Counted from the first letter of the stretch, positions 10,321 through 22,432 are shown. The stretch: DNA of 64,000 nucleotides from an uncultured Spirochaetota bacterium (GCA_963827275.1 CAWHAA010000001.1:192001-256000), one strand, 5' to 3'. Numbers and translations are program-made. The notes: generated by a model not told the origin, from the sequence alone.

Positions 10321-12148
10321 TCATTTTTTCCTTATGACAATCACGGTAATATCATCGCGCAGGTTGTCCTTTTTCCGGGTGAAATTATAAAACTGTTCCA
10401 TAATATAATCGAGTATTTCCCGGGCGGAGCCTTCGGGCGCGTCTTTCAAGAAATTCAATATCCGCGAATCCTCAACCGGTTTTCCGGAGGAATCAAGCGT
10501 TTCGATAAGGCTGTCGGTGTATATCAACAGACAGTCCTCATTATTTAGTTTGAATTTGAGAGAGTTGAAATTCCCTTCCAGAATTTCAAGTCCCAGGAAA
10601 GGACCGATGATGTCTTCTCCGTCGGGAGGAGTCACCCTTCCGACAGTCCTGGATCGGGCTGTTTTGTACATCATGTGAGGGTGACCGCTGTTCACGTATT
10701 CGACCATTGATTCCCTGAATCGCAAAAGAATTCCCGTGATATACGAACTGGTATGGCTGATCTCCTCGATCAGCGATTTGTTTATCATCCCCATCAATGC
10801 GCCCAGTTTCTCATCAGTATGGGTTTTAAAGTTTTTTTCTATAATGGAGCGGGCAAGCAGCGTCAGCAGTCCGGATGAAATACCGTGGCCCGACACGTCG
10901 AAGATGCCCACACCCTGGAGCTTGCCGTCTTCCATGTAGAAGTCGTAAAAGTCGCCCGAGACCCCGGACATGGGCCGGTACACCAGTGCGATGTCGAATT
11001 CATCGGATTGTGGAGGTTTCTGGGGGAGGAAAGCAGCCTGGACATTTGCCGCCATTTTAATGTCGGTTTTGTAGCGCCAATTGGACTCTTCAATCTCCCT
11101 GTTTACCAGCGTCAGGCTGTCATTCGTCGCTTCAAGCTCTGCCATCGCGGCCTGCAGTTCTACCGTGCGCTCCTCCACCTTTTTCTCCAGGTTTATCCGG
11201 TAATCGGTAATTGTGTCTGAAGCGGCGTTGATGCCTGAGGCCAACTCAACGATTTCACGGTCAATCGTGGAGGCGTAGATTATCGCTTCTCCCCTCTCCT
11301 TAAGGTTTTCCACGACCCTGCCGGTATCATCTAATGCGCGGTAAAAGGTCCGAACGGTAATAAATGACATGAGAGCAATGATAGATAGATAAACAAGCAG
11401 ATACAATATGACACGCCTCATGTCCGCATGACCCAAATATGAAAAGGCATTGGAAACAAACATGGCCTGGATAATTATAGCCACGATAATATACATCTTG
11501 TATTTAATGGATGATCTTGCTTTGATTTCATGAGCAATATTCAGTTCACGCAGCTTCATTTTGCATGCTCTTCGCATTCTGCCGGTAACTGTCTCTGCAA
11601 GTACGAATCCGATTCCGGCAAAATTTATTACCTGCCAAAAATATGAAAAAAGCATCCACAGGTGCCCGGAAACCTGATAATTCTTATAAAATCCGTAAGC
11701 GAATAAAATGCACTGGATAACGGTTGTTTACTATCAGAGCGACGTAAAAAAAGACTATGGGCAGGCGGTTGATGGCTTCAAGGATGGATAGATATGTTTC
11801 ACCCGTGAGGCCGTCCTGTATTTTTAGATCGCCATCGACATAAATATATTTATTCACGACTCGGAAACTGGGCAGTAACGCGGGTATACCCAGCCTGTGA
11901 AATGCTCCATGTAATACGCCTGCCATAATAAAAGGAAAAATGAAACATAGACCCATCACGAATATGAATTCATCGGTAAAATCAGGAAAATAACGGGAAA
12001 GTTCGGAAGCCACATAGATGATGTTGAGAATAGTAAATAATCCAGACCATAGAATTGACGAAAACGCCACGGCAATACCGTAGCTCATTTTCCTCGTTAA
12101 AAAATTAAAAACGATTTTGTAGATTTTTTTTATCATTACGCTCTGCAT
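10321..12148 (-). CDS. Membrane-bound SpoIIE/PP2C-family phosphatase, split by a +1 frameshift near 11728
   Basis: [38 protein letters not shown]. Removing one A from GTAAACAACC joins ORF 11684..12148 in frame (…[34 protein letters not shown]…). Confidence 0.8.
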
Positions 12149-12154
12149 TATATA

Positions 12155-14011
12155 TCATGCCAATCTGAAGAACTCGATTTCCTCTTTGAGCTTTTTCGCG
12201 TTTTCAGCGATGCTCTCCGACGACGCGGAGAGCTCCTCGCTGGCGGCGGCGGTGCTCTGGGAGGCTTCATTGATCAGACTAATTGATTTTACGATTTCTG
12301 TTACCGCGTTTTTCTGCTCTTCCATGGATTTCATGATGTCATCGGCCCTTTTTAAAAAGTGCTCCGCGTCTTCCTTGATGACGCTGTTTATCTCCCGGTC
12401 CTGTCGCGTCAGCTCGCCGATCCTGTCCACCACGGAACCGAAAGAATTCAGTCCTTCAAATATCTTTTCTATTTTCAAGATTGCCTCATTCTGCGCCTGG
12501 AAGGACTTATCCATGCTGGCGTTGGTGGTCTTGACGATTTCTGAAATGCTTTTCGTGTTTTCTCCTGCCTGTTCAGCCAGTTTGCCGATTTCATCCGCGA
12601 CGACGGCAAACCCCTTGCCGTACGCTCCCGCGCGCGCCGCCTCTATGCTCGCGTTGAGGCTTAAAAGGTTCGTCCGGTCAGAGATGTCATTGATCAGCCC
12701 GGTGTAGTCGAGCATCCTCCCCGCGTCATCCGCAGCCGCTTTCATCAGATGCATGGTGTCATTTATCTTTTCCTTGACCTCTTCGATGATCACGTCCAGT
12801 TCCGTCTTGACTGTCATCGCCCGCGTCATTTCATTTCCTTCCTCATTGACTATCGCATTCAGCTTTATGATATTGTCGATGAGCATCAGCGTTCTCTTGT
12901 ACTGGTATTCGATGTTGGAATAGATCGATTCCCCCCCCGCCGAAATTTCCGAGAGGGTGGACGTGATCTCCTCAACGGTCGCAGCGGTCGTCTGGCTCTG
13001 GCGGGAAAAATTTTCGGCCGTGACCGACATTTCGCCCGCGGCGGTGGTGAGCTCTCCCGACATGCCGAGTATCAGGGAAATTACCTCCCTGATTTTCATC
13101 AGCAGCCTGTTCATGAAGCCGCTCATTGACCCCAATTCATCGACGGTTATCATGGGGACGAAATCGGTGCCAAGGTTGCCGTGCGCGATGTTATCCAGCG
13201 ATTGTTCTATGCCTGCCAAGGTCCTTTTCAACGATTTTGCGAAAAAGTATGCGGCTGAAATTGATGTTATGATCATGATGAATGACACGAATATTATATG
13301 GATTGCAAGGTATTCAAACTGCATGAGCTTGAGGTTCATAAGTGTCATGAACGTTGCAAAAATAACAAGGGAAGGGAGTAAAACGGATATGATCGAAATG
13401 AGGATCTTGCTGAATATCGTCAGGGGCTTGTAGGATTCTTTCGAAATGATAATTTCTGCCAGTCTGCCGTCCTCGAGATACTGCGAAAGGGATATTTCCG
13501 ACTGAAACATGAAAAAAATTGCGTTGACCGGAATGACCATGAGGGTGCCCGAGATGATAACTATGATTCGCACCATGGTCATCTCAGTGCCCAGACTTAT
13601 CAAAAATGTTGCCAGGCCGACGCCGATCGTATACCGGAAAAAAAGTGATTTTGCCTCATAGCGCGGATAGAGGAGGAGCTTGAGCTTGATATCACGGAGC
13701 GCGGCGTCATTCAGTTCCCCCGGACTGTTTAAAGAGTTAAACGTGCTCCTTAGAAGCAGCCATCGTATAATTGATGCTCCGATGAGCGTGACCAGTGACC
13801 CGGCAACGACACCGGGAATGAAGATATTAAGCACGGGGAAAAAATTTCCGCCGATTATTATAAAATAGGAGAGTAAAACAACCGGCAATATGTATGCAAA
13901 TACTTCCAAGGATAGGGTCAATCTCGCAATCGGGTTTTTGTATTTCTTCAAAATATACCTCTTGGAATTTCTAGGAATTATTCTTAAAAACATTTTAACC
14001 GGCTCCGGCAT
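12155..14011 (-). CDS. Methyl-accepting chemotaxis protein (multi-TM, HAMP)
   Basis: Several TM segments, HAMP (DELGSM), [33 protein letters not shown]. Confidence 0.92.
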   Translation of the reverse strand: MPEPVKMFLRIIPRNSKRYILKKYKNPIARLTLSLEVFAYILPVVLLSYFIIIGGNFFPVLNIFIPGVVAGSLVTLIGASIIRWLLLRSTFNSLNSPGELNDAALRDIKLKLLLYPRYEAKSLFFRYTIGVGLATFLISLGTEMTMVRIIVIISGTLMVIPVNAIFFMFQSEISLSQYLEDGRLAEIIISKESYKPLTIFSKILISIISVLLPSLVIFATFMTLMNLKLMQFEYLAIHIIFVSFIMIITSISAAYFFAKSLKRTLAGIEQSLDNIAHGNLGTDFVPMITVDELGSMSGFMNRLLMKIREVISLILGMSGELTTAAGEMSVTAENFSRQSQTTAATVEEITSTLSEISAGGESIYSNIEYQYKRTLMLIDNIIKLNAIVNEEGNEMTRAMTVKTELDVIIEEVKEKINDTMHLMKAAADDAGRMLDYTGLINDISDRTNLLSLNASIEAARAGAYGKGFAVVADEIGKLAEQAGENTKSISEIVKTTNASMDKSFQAQNEAILKIEKIFEGLNSFGSVVDRIGELTRQDREINSVIKEDAEHFLKRADDIMKSMEEQKNAVTEIVKSISLINEASQSTAAASEELSASSESIAENAKKLKEEIEFFRLA

Positions 14012-14057
14012 TTGATCAAGTTATTTTTTTAATCATTTATTATGCCGGATAAGTGAC

Positions 14058-14090
14058 AAGCGCCTCAAACATGGAATGTTTGAGGTGCTT
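14058..14090. terminator. Hairpin downstream of the SDR gene
   Basis: AAGCGCCTCAAACA-TGGAA-TGTTTGAGGTGCTT, a 14-bp stem with one imperfect (G-U) pair. Confidence 0.45.
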
Positions 14091-14143
14091 TCGATCAGGA
14101 ACCCAATATCTTTACGGCCTATTTCCTGGTTTCATCTACCCGA

Positions 14144-15025
14144 TCATTTAGCCTTTATCCATTTACCCAGCAAAATCAAAAGTTTACTCGCGAACCAGTC
14201 CATCATCCAGGTGGGCGTGATTGCGTGGCTGTAGACTAATAACCTGGCCTCATAACCCACCAGGTAACGGGCCTTCGGACTTCGTGCGCTCAGGGCGCGA
14301 ATTATCACCCTGACGGCCTTTTTCATGGATATCCCCATTTCAGCCTGCCATTTAGGGAAGACGCTCAGGGTCTTCAACTCATTTTGATACAGATCTCTGG
14401 CCTTCTGCGGGAGGGAAGCAATCAATTTCTCTGTGCTGGAATCTATCTTTTCCCACATGGGTGTTTTTATTGTCTGCAATTCCACGGAAGATACCCTGAT
14501 TTTCCACGGCCGAAGTTCTATCCGGAGAGCGCTTGCCGCAGCCTCCAGCGCGAATTTTGACGCGGAATAAGGCGCCATCAGCGGCAGTGTCATCCTGCCG
14601 CTCTCGGAACTCGTGAACACGATTCTCCCCTGCGCCTTGCGTAAAAGCGGCAGGAACGTCTGCGTCACGAAGACGTGACCGAAAACATTGACCCGTATCT
14701 GCTGTTCAAATAGTTCGATGGGTATTATTTCCAAAGGCCCCTGGACCGAAATCCCGGCGTTGTTGAAGAGCGCGTCCAGGCCGGCGCCGCCGAGGGCTTT
14801 TTCAATCTCACGCGCTCCCCGTTTCACGCTTTCATAGTCCACAATGTCCATGATCACCGGCGTGATCTTCCCGGAGGAAGCCTCCGTCAGTTTTTTCGCA
14901 TCCGCCTCTTTCCTTACGGCGGAAAATACCCGCCATCCTTTTTCGGCAAGCGCCAGTGAAGTTGCCCAGCCAATGCCTGTGGAAGCGCCGGTCACCAGCA
15001 CGGATTTTCTTTTATCAGAATTCAT
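14144..15025 (-). CDS. Short-chain dehydrogenase/reductase (retinol/17beta-HSD-like)
   Basis: TGASTGIG, NNAG, YSASK. Confidence 0.9.
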   Translation of the reverse strand: MNSDKRKSVLVTGASTGIGWATSLALAEKGWRVFSAVRKEADAKKLTEASSGKITPVIMDIVDYESVKRGAREIEKALGGAGLDALFNNAGISVQGPLEIIPIELFEQQIRVNVFGHVFVTQTFLPLLRKAQGRIVFTSSESGRMTLPLMAPYSASKFALEAAASALRIELRPWKIRVSSVELQTIKTPMWEKIDSSTEKLIASLPQKARDLYQNELKTLSVFPKWQAEMGISMKKAVRVIIRALSARSPKARYLVGYEARLLVYSHAITPTWMMDWFASKLLILLGKWIKAK

Positions 15026-15070
15026 AATTAAGCCTCCAGTAATAATTAATATTGCGTTTTAATCCTGAGA

Positions 15071-16108
15071 TTATCTCCCTTCGAATTCCTTGAAAATTTC
15101 AGCTTTCTCAAGAGTAGCGGTTGTATTTTTAACCAGGCCTACTATATCTTTTGTTTTTAATTTGCTCATGTCCAGACTGTTAATATTTGCATCTATATAC
15201 TTGATATATTCTTCCATCGCCATCTTGGTATCTCTCGTGTCGAGACATCGAACGCTCTGCTCCAGCTCAAGGCTTAACCCGTGACGCAGCGTTGTATTCA
15301 TGCCGTTCAGGACACTCTTCTTGATGGCATCGATGCCCACGGGCGGCCGTTTGCTCATTGTATCCGCAAAATCCTGCACTTTGCTCAGGAATTCCTTCTT
15401 CTTGAAAAAATCCGTTATCAACCCTATCTGTCTCGCTTCAAATGGTTCGAGCTGGTTTCCTTTCAGCATTAATTCGAGGGCCTTTGCCCTGCCGATGAGG
15501 CGTGGAAGCCGTTGAGTATTTCCTCCGCCGGGGACTATCCCAACCAGACACTCGGGCTGACCGATACTAAATCCCTGATCGCCTATCATGAACCTGAAGT
15601 CACAGCATGCCGAAAGCTCGGTTCCGCCACCGTTACACGACCCGTTTATAGCGGCTATTGTCACTTTGTTCAACCTCTCAATGGCGTGGTAGGCCCGCGT
15701 CATCTGAAACCATAAAAACATACCGGAAGAATATACCCGTATGAGTTTTGCAAATTTAAGCATTAACCATTCATACCATGAGAAATAATCCATAAGCCAG
15801 TTGTTGAAAGTCATATATAGTGCGAGAATAGCGCCGGTAAATCTGAATTTTACTGCTAAATGCAGGAGCAGTCTCCTGTTGTGCGTTGATAATTGTAATA
15901 GTTCAGGTATTGAATAATGCATTAAATAAATATCATCCCGGGCACCGGTGATAACCAACACTCTGATAGAATCATCTTTTCTGACTTTTTTTATAAGCAC
16001 GAATAATTCTTCAAGTACATCCATGGTTAAAAAATTAACTGGCGGATTGTTTATTTCAACCCATAGCGTTTGATTTTCCTTTCTTGTTTTAAGATACTTA
16101 AATTCCAT
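15071..16108 (-). CDS. Enoyl-CoA hydratase/isomerase family protein with a hydrophobic insertion
   Basis: NNPPVN, AAINGSCNGGGTELS, QPECLVGIVPGGGNTQRLPRLIG; AGGAGG RBS. Paralog of 54834..55871. Confidence 0.88.
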   Translation of the reverse strand: MEFKYLKTRKENQTLWVEINNPPVNFLTMDVLEELFVLIKKVRKDDSIRVLVITGARDDIYLMHYSIPELLQLSTHNRRLLLHLAVKFRFTGAILALYMTFNNWLMDYFSWYEWLMLKFAKLIRVYSSGMFLWFQMTRAYHAIERLNKVTIAAINGSCNGGGTELSACCDFRFMIGDQGFSIGQPECLVGIVPGGGNTQRLPRLIGRAKALELMLKGNQLEPFEARQIGLITDFFKKKEFLSKVQDFADTMSKRPPVGIDAIKKSVLNGMNTTLRHGLSLELEQSVRCLDTRDTKMAMEEYIKYIDANINSLDMSKLKTKDIVGLVKNTTATLEKAEIFKEFEGR

Positions 16109-16272
16109 ATTATTCCTCCTATTTGACAGCAATACGCATACAGCTCAATGTTTCAATAAACAGCATATATTTCTTACAGGGGGTTAAGGGGCTAACCCTT
16201 CAAAAAGCACCCGCTGGGTTTCCCCGGTTGCAAAATGGTCGTTTTATATCACGTTTATTTCAGATGATAAGT

Positions 16273-16327
16273 AAATATGAACTTTTTTTCATATTTGTCA
16301 ATCATAATATGAACAAAAGTTCATATT
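16273..16327. promoter_or_regulatory. Two tandem palindromic operators, probably for the adjacent TetR
   Basis: AAATATGAA-N6-TTCATATTT (16273-16296) and AATATGAAC-N4-GTTCATATT (16306-16327), between divergent ECH and tetR genes. Confidence 0.75.
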
Positions 16328-16402
16328 TTTTTGTTGAATTAAAAAACAGCAATAAATTATAATGTTAATGTTGATATTAAACTTTATGTTTGGAGACAAA
16401 TT

Positions 16403-17038
16403 GTGACCGTAAAAAATAAAGCCAGAATTCCGGCACAAAAACGCGGAATTGAAACAAGAAATAAAATTTTAGAAGCAGCCTGGACTCTTTTCGGCGAAAA
16501 GGGGTATTTTAAAACCAATCCCCGTGATATAGCCAAACATGCCGGAGTCGCTACCGGGTCCTTTTATGCATATTTTAACAATAAGAAGGAAGTTGGAATT
16601 GAGTTAATGAGGCGTTTTTATAAAGAAGCCACTGCAAAATCACTCTCAAATTTCAATTTAGAGATCAGTGATAAAATTCCGGAAAATCTTGATTCCGCCA
16701 GAAAGCTTGTGCGGTTTGTCATTCAGTCTTTAAAGGAATCCCATGCCATCAACCCTTTGCTTCACAAGGAGGCCTCCGCGCTGATACTTCTGGACGACGA
16801 GGTGAACGCAATAAACAACGAGGAACAGAAGATAGTAATATCATATTTAATCGCCTTATTCCAGCAGTACAAAAAATTTATTCGTGTGGAGGATCTGGAG
16901 GCGGCAGCCTCGCTCCTGTTCAGGACCAGCGATGAAATTATCCACAGGATCATGTTTAATAAAGAAGAGGTTAATGAGGAGCGGCTCCTCAGGGAACTCG
17001 AGGACATGATTTGCAGCTATCTTTTTATTACCGGTTGA
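16403..17038 (+). CDS. TetR/AcrR family transcriptional regulator
   Basis: ILEAAWTLFGEKGY...DIAKHAGVATGSFYAYFNNK helix-turn-helix. Confidence 0.92.
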   Translation: MTVKNKARIPAQKRGIETRNKILEAAWTLFGEKGYFKTNPRDIAKHAGVATGSFYAYFNNKKEVGIELMRRFYKEATAKSLSNFNLEISDKIPENLDSARKLVRFVIQSLKESHAINPLLHKEASALILLDDEVNAINNEEQKIVISYLIALFQQYKKFIRVEDLEAAASLLFRTSDEIIHRIMFNKEEVNEERLLRELEDMICSYLFITG

Positions 17039-17208
17039 AAAAACCAGATAGAGGTGTCTTTTTACAGAACACAACAACCTGGAAAAATAACGGCGCATCG
17101 CGCAAGCTGCCCATACGCCTGAGATTTGTGATTCAAGGACATCGTTTCAACCGATAATGGCTTGTGTCAAAAATTGTTTTAAGCTATAACAATAAAATGG
17201 AATAAAGC

Positions 17209-17242
17209 GGAGGGGCAGCCGTGGTGGCGCCCCCTCCCTTTT
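17209..17242. terminator. Probable intrinsic terminator between convergent tetR and ilvC
   Basis: GGAGGGGC...GCCCCCTCC stem followed by CTTTT. Confidence 0.5.
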
Positions 17243-17251
17243 CATAATAGC

Positions 17252-18247
17252 TTACTTCGCGTTGATCCACTTCATCATCTTGCGGAGCTCCGCGCCCACC
17301 TTCTCGATAAGGTGGTTTTTCTGCTCTTCTTTTATCTTGTTAAAGAACGGCCGCCCCTTCTCGTTTTCCTTGATCCAGTTCTTCGCGAAGGTCCCGTCCT
17401 GGATCTCCTTGAGGATCTTCTTCATCTCTTTCCTGGTCTTGCCGTTGATGATCCGGGGACCGCTCACGTAGTCGCCGTACTCGGCCGTATCGGAGACCGA
17501 ATAGCGCATGTAGTTTATCCCGCCCTGGTAGAACAGGTCCACGATGAGCTTGAGCTCGTGGAGGCACTCGAAGTAGGCGATCTCCGGCTGGTAGCCCGCC
17601 CCGACCAGCGTGTCGAACCCGGCCTTGACGAGCTCGGAGACTCCGCCGCAGAGGACCGTCTGCTCGCCGAAGAGGTCGGTCTCGGTCTCTTCCTTGAAAG
17701 TGGTCTCGATGACCCCGGCCCGCGTCGCGCCGAGGCCCTTCGCGTACGCCAGCGCCGTCTGCTTCGCCGTTCCCGACGCGTCGTTATGCATGGCGATCAG
17801 GCACGGCACGCCGCCGCCCTTCTCGTATTCGCTCCGGACCAGGTGGCCGGGGCCCTTCGGCGCGATCATGATAACGTCGATCTCCTTCGGCGGCACGATC
17901 TGCCCGAAGTGGATGTTGAACCCGTGCGAGAAGACGAGCGTCTTGCCCGCCTTCATGAAAGGCTCGACGTCCTGCCGGTAGAGCTTCGCCTGCACGTGGT
18001 CCTGCGCGAGGATCTGGATCAGGTCGGCCTTTTCAGCCGCTTCCCGGGCGGTCACGGGCTTGAAGTTGTGCGACTCTGCCAGCCGATAGTTATCGGTGCC
18101 GGGCAGCTCCGCCACGATCACGTTCAGGCCGCTGTCCCTGAGGTTCTGGGCCTGGGCGTGTCCCTGGCTCCCGTACCCGATGATCGCAATCGTTTTATTT
18201 TTTAACACGCCGAGGTCGGCGTCGCTGTCGTAATACATTTTTGCCAT
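17252..18247 (-). CDS. ilvC: Ketol-acid reductoisomerase
   Basis: [59 protein letters not shown] before ATG 18247. Confidence 0.97.
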   Translation of the reverse strand: MAKMYYDSDADLGVLKNKTIAIIGYGSQGHAQAQNLRDSGLNVIVAELPGTDNYRLAESHNFKPVTAREAAEKADLIQILAQDHVQAKLYRQDVEPFMKAGKTLVFSHGFNIHFGQIVPPKEIDVIMIAPKGPGHLVRSEYEKGGGVPCLIAMHNDASGTAKQTALAYAKGLGATRAGVIETTFKEETETDLFGEQTVLCGGVSELVKAGFDTLVGAGYQPEIAYFECLHELKLIVDLFYQGGINYMRYSVSDTAEYGDYVSGPRIINGKTRKEMKKILKEIQDGTFAKNWIKENEKGRPFFNKIKEEQKNHLIEKVGAELRKMMKWINAK

Positions 18248-18315
18248 TTTGTACTCCTTTTTGGCCTTCAATCCCACAGGGGGCGCGGGTCAAAGTAAAT
18301 TATTTATAAAATATC

Positions 18316-18374
18316 CCGATAGTTATCGGTAACTTCCGGGGTCAGAGCCCCATCAAACAGATAGTTATCGGTAA
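18316..18374 (-). repeat. Paired-palindrome cassette, copy 1 (upstream of ilvC)
   Basis: Minus strand reads TTACCGATAACTATCTG-9 nt-GCTCTGACCCCGG-3 nt-TTACCGATAACTATCGG; same architecture as 49443-49502. Confidence 0.85.
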
Positions 18375-18463
18375 ATACAAGCCTTTATAAAAAGAAATGC
18401 CCTATTCCACTGCAAATCCAGAGCCTCCTCCGGGGGATCGGGGGGCCTTTGCGAACAAGGCGC

Positions 18464-18940
18464 CTATTCCTTCAACAGCGACACCCGCCCGGTCCGCATC
18501 AGCTCCTTGATGCCGTAGGGCTTGAGCAGTTCGATAAAATTATTGACATGCTCGGGGTCGCCCTTCACTCCCAGGGTGATTGTCCTGGGGGATATGTCGG
18601 CGATATCGGCCCTGAATATCTCACCCAGCTGGTATATCTCGGGCCGCTTGGCCGGGGCCGCGTTCACCTTCACCAGGACGAGCTCGCGCTCCACCGTGGG
18701 GATTCCCGTATGGTCGCTCACCTTGATGACGTCAACGAGCTTGTTGAGCTGTTTCTTCACCTGCTCGATGACCCGGTCGTCGCCGCGGACCACGATCGTC
18801 ATGACCGATACGTCCTCCTGCTCGGTGGCGCTCACCGCCAGCGAATCGATGTTATAGCCCCGCGCGGAGAAGAGGCCGGCCACGCGCGCCAGGACCCCGA
18901 ACCGGTTCTCCACCTTGACCGATATCACGTACTGTTTCAT
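18464..18940 (-). CDS. ilvN: Acetolactate synthase small (regulatory) subunit
   Basis: MKQYVISVKVENRFGVLARVAGLFSARGYNIDSL ACT domain; ERELVLVKV; ELMRTG. Confidence 0.95.
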   Translation of the reverse strand: MKQYVISVKVENRFGVLARVAGLFSARGYNIDSLAVSATEQEDVSVMTIVVRGDDRVIEQVKKQLNKLVDVIKVSDHTGIPTVERELVLVKVNAAPAKRPEIYQLGEIFRADIADISPRTITLGVKGDPEHVNNFIELLKPYGIKELMRTGRVSLLKE

Positions 18941-18966
18941 ACTGTCTCCGTTTGACGCAGCCATGG

Positions 18967-20648
18967 CTATGCGAGCAGCTCCCTCATGATGATCTCCTTG
19001 AACGACTGCCCGGCGGGGACCATCGGGTATACGTTCTCCTCGCGCGAGACGCGGAAGTCGATGATGATGGGCCGGTCGGTTATGGCCAGCGCCTGCTGCA
19101 GCGCGGTCGCAACGTCCTCGTTCTTCTCGACGCGGATCCCGGCCGCGCCGTACGCCTCCGCGAGCTTCACGAAATCCGGCGCGAAATCGATGCAGGTGTG
19201 GCTGTAGCGCTTTTCCCAGAACAGCTGCTGCCACTGGCGCACCATGCCAAGGAAGCCGTTGTTCAGGATCGCGATGATGACCGGCAGGCGGTGCTGCACC
19301 GCCACGATGAGCTCCTGGATGTTCATCTGGATCGAGCCGTCGCCGGCGATGTCGATGACCCGCTTGTCCGGCCGCGCGAGCTGCGCGCCGATGGCCGCGG
19401 GAAAGCCGTATCCCATGGTGCCCAGGCCGCCGGACGATATGAAGGTCCGCGGCTCGGTGTACTTGTAGAACTGCGCCGCCCACATCTGGTTCTGTCCCAC
19501 CTCGGTGCAGATGATCGCGTCGCCCTTTGTCTGGCGGTATATTTCCTCGACCACGTACTGCGGTTTGATGTCTGTGCCGTTGTTCTTCTCGTACGTGAGG
19601 GGATGGTCTCTCTTCATGCATATCGATCTCATCGAGCCATTCCCTGATATCCGGGGCCGTTGACCTGGCGGTTCATCTCCGCGAGGACATGCCTGCAGTC
19701 GCCCACGATGGGGATATCGACCGGCACGGTTTTGCTGACCGACGCCGGGTCGATGTCGATATGGATGACCTTCGCGTTGGGGATGAATTCGGCGATCTTG
19801 CCGGTGACCCGGTCGTCGAACCGGGCGCCGACCGCTATGAGCAGGTCGGACTCGTTCACGGCGTGGTTCGCGTAATAGGTGCCGTGCATGCCCAGCATCT
19901 CCAGGGCAAGCCGGTCGGTCTCGGGATAGACCCCCAGGCCCAGCAGGGTCGTGGTGACCGGGATCTGCGTTTTGGCCACGAACTCCCTGAGCTCTTTCGA
20001 CGCGTTTGATATGACCACGCCGCCGCCGGCGTAAATGACGGGGCGCTTTGCCGCCTCGATCAGCTGGCAGGCCTTCTTGATCTGCCCGGGGTGCCCCTCG
20101 TACACCGGCTTGTAGCTGCGGATGTTCACCGTTTCAGGATAGCTGAATTTTGACTCGCCGTTTGATATATCGACGGGCACGTCAATGAGGACCGGGCCGG
20201 GCCTGCCGGTCGATGCGATGTAAAAGGCCTCCTTGATGATGCGCGGGAGGTCGGCGATGTCCTGGACAAGGTAGTTGTGCTTCGTGATGGGACGGGTGAT
20301 CCCGGTCGAATCGACCTCCTGGAAGGCGTCGTTCCCGATCTGCTCCCTCTTCACCTGCCCGGTGAATACGACCAGGGGCACCGAATCCAGGTGCGCGGTG
20401 GCGATCCCCGTCACGCAGTTCGTGGCGCCGGGTCCCGAGGTGGCGATGACGACGCCCACCCTGCCCGAGGCACGGGCATAGCCGTCAGCGGCATGCACCG
20501 CCCCCTGCTCATGCCGGGAAAGGATGAACCTGAAGGGCGCATTGTGCAGCGCATGGAAAATGGGAATTACCACGCCGCCGGGGTAACCGAACATGCACTC
20601 GACCTTCTCCTTCTTGAGGCATTCAACGATAATATCAGCGCCTTTCAT
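18967..20648 (-). CDS. ilvB: Acetolactate synthase large subunit, split by two +1 frameshifts near 19620-19660
   Basis: [40 protein letters not shown] in the 5' [31 protein letters not shown] in the 3' ORF. Confidence 0.92.
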
Positions 20649-20941
20649 CTTCAAGAACATTCTCCGCGTGAGAGGATAAGAATCCTTCTTTATATACATT
20701 AACAACGTTTCAATGCCGTCGTAATTTATATAAGAAAGAAAGTGTTTAACATACGGTCCCTCATGTTTTTTTGTCAATTTTTTTTCTTTATGGATACCGC
20801 CTCTTCCGGCAGCTTTTTCCGTCAAAATGAAAAAATTCCTTGAAATAATCAATGATGCGGATATCCTTCCGTGGAAGGGCGAATCCTGGATAGCACGCCA
20901 TCAGGCGCCGACATTACACCCGGACCGGACCGATAACCCAG

Positions 20942-21856
20942 ATGCTTGATAAATTCGTAGAAGAAATTTTCGGAATGATCGTCGCGCACAACTCGAAGGC
21001 GAACAATGACGCTATCCCCCACTCCGACAACTTCGCGAAAGAGGTGCAATCCCTCCTGGGGATCGACCACCCGGAAATCATCAGGATCATACGGATATTA
21101 AAAGACTCCCACAAGATCTTCACGTTCGAGATCATAAAGGAAGACCCGGAAAACGAGATCAAGCGGATCGACGGGTACGTGGAAACCGACCTCCAGACCA
21201 TCCGCAAACTCAAGAATTATTTCCAGAAGCTCCTCATGGACGAGTACGAAAAGCAGTTCAGCAAGCGCATGCTGGTCCACCAGGTCGTGAAGGACATGTA
21301 TGCGCGGCCCGGCTTTTACAAAAACACGATGCTCGGGCAGGTCGGCAACAAGGCGATCATGCTGGAGGAATACGAGGGCTTCATAGAGCGGAATTTCAAT
21401 GAATTCACCGACTCGTGGAAGACGAAAAAGCTCACCGAGCTGATTGCGATGTCCGAAAACAAGCTGCTCGGGGACGCGCCGGCATCGAAAGAGAGCGTCG
21501 CCCCGGAGGGAAGCCAGCCGGCCCGGAGGACGGCCTCGTCAAGCCAGCGCGCGGTGGATTCCGCGCAATACCAGAATTATACCGCCGATAAATCCAAACA
21601 GTCGATCGATAAAGTGTTACAGATATACGGGGTCGAGTTCTTCTTCAGAATACACCTGCGGAAATATGAATTTGAATCACTGCGGCAGATCATTGAAAGC
21701 GGGGTGATCGACCGGCGGAGCGACCTGGCCAAGCTGAAAGAGATGATACAGAAGATGAAATCAAACACGGGGAAAGACCCGAAGCTCCTCGAATACTCGG
21801 ACCAGATCTACAAGCTCGAGCGGATGATTTCACGGCAGATGCTTTACAGCAACTGA
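20942..21856 (+). CDS. Hypothetical protein (helical, two domains with a low-complexity linker)
   Basis: 304-aa ORF with host-like codon usage. No motif recognised. Confidence 0.75.
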   Translation: MLDKFVEEIFGMIVAHNSKANNDAIPHSDNFAKEVQSLLGIDHPEIIRIIRILKDSHKIFTFEIIKEDPENEIKRIDGYVETDLQTIRKLKNYFQKLLMDEYEKQFSKRMLVHQVVKDMYARPGFYKNTMLGQVGNKAIMLEEYEGFIERNFNEFTDSWKTKKLTELIAMSENKLLGDAPASKESVAPEGSQPARRTASSSQRAVDSAQYQNYTADKSKQSIDKVLQIYGVEFFFRIHLRKYEFESLRQIIESGVIDRRSDLAKLKEMIQKMKSNTGKDPKLLEYSDQIYKLERMISRQMLYSN

Positions 21857-21874
21857 CCGGTCCCCGTCCGGCGC

Positions 21875-22432
21875 TTACTTCGACGCGCACGGGATCTTCC
21901 CGTCCATGTAATCCTTGAACGGCACTTTTTTCTGATAACATTCTTCCCTGATATATCTCAGAAGCGGCAGGAAGGTCTCCCTGTTGATGTATCCCGGGAT
22001 CTTTGTGATCAGGGCGCCGTCGCGGTCCATGAACACGACCGTGGGAAGACCCTGAACGCCGAGCATCATGCTGAATTCCTGCTTGGTGAGCAGGTGGTTC
22101 TTGTACTTTATTGTTTCGCCAGGGTCCCTGTCGGTATGGATGCGTATGCAGATATAATTGTCCCTGAGATTTTTCGCCACCTCGGGGTCGGAGAAGACCT
22201 CGGCCTCCATCTTGCGGCACCAGCCGCACCAGTCCGCGTAAAAGTCCATCACGATGTGCTTGCGCTTTTCCGCCGCGAGCTTCACTCCTTCATTGAACGG
22301 ATGCCAGGTGATGGCGGCGTCTCCCCCGGAAACGGCGCCCTGCTTTTCTCTCTCCTTCTCCGACGACTTTGAACAGGCGGGAGCCGTGACCAGTACCGCC
22401 AGCGCTATCAGAAGTATATTGACCTTATTCAT
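21875..22432 (-). CDS. Thioredoxin-fold lipoprotein (SoxW/DUF255-like)
   Basis: Lipobox-like VTAPAC, MDFYADWCGWC, GVQGLPT, IPGY. Confidence 0.85.
   Translation of the reverse strand: MNKVNILLIALAVLVTAPACSKSSEKEREKQGAVSGGDAAITWHPFNEGVKLAAEKRKHIVMDFYADWCGWCRKMEAEVFSDPEVAKNLRDNYICIRIHTDRDPGETIKYKNHLLTKQEFSMMLGVQGLPTVVFMDRDGALITKIPGYINRETFLPLLRYIREECYQKKVPFKDYMDGKIPCASK

Noticed and set aside
18464..19621. 385-aa ORF as an extended IlvN fusion
   Set aside because: The N-terminal part is an alternative frame of the ilvB 3' region; IlvN starts near 18940 after a GGAG RBS.
19610..19660. Programmed ribosomal frameshifting in ilvB or the thiolase
   Set aside because: Multiple shifts per gene, no slippery heptamer or stimulatory structure, and the same +1 pattern across unrelated genes point to sequencing error.
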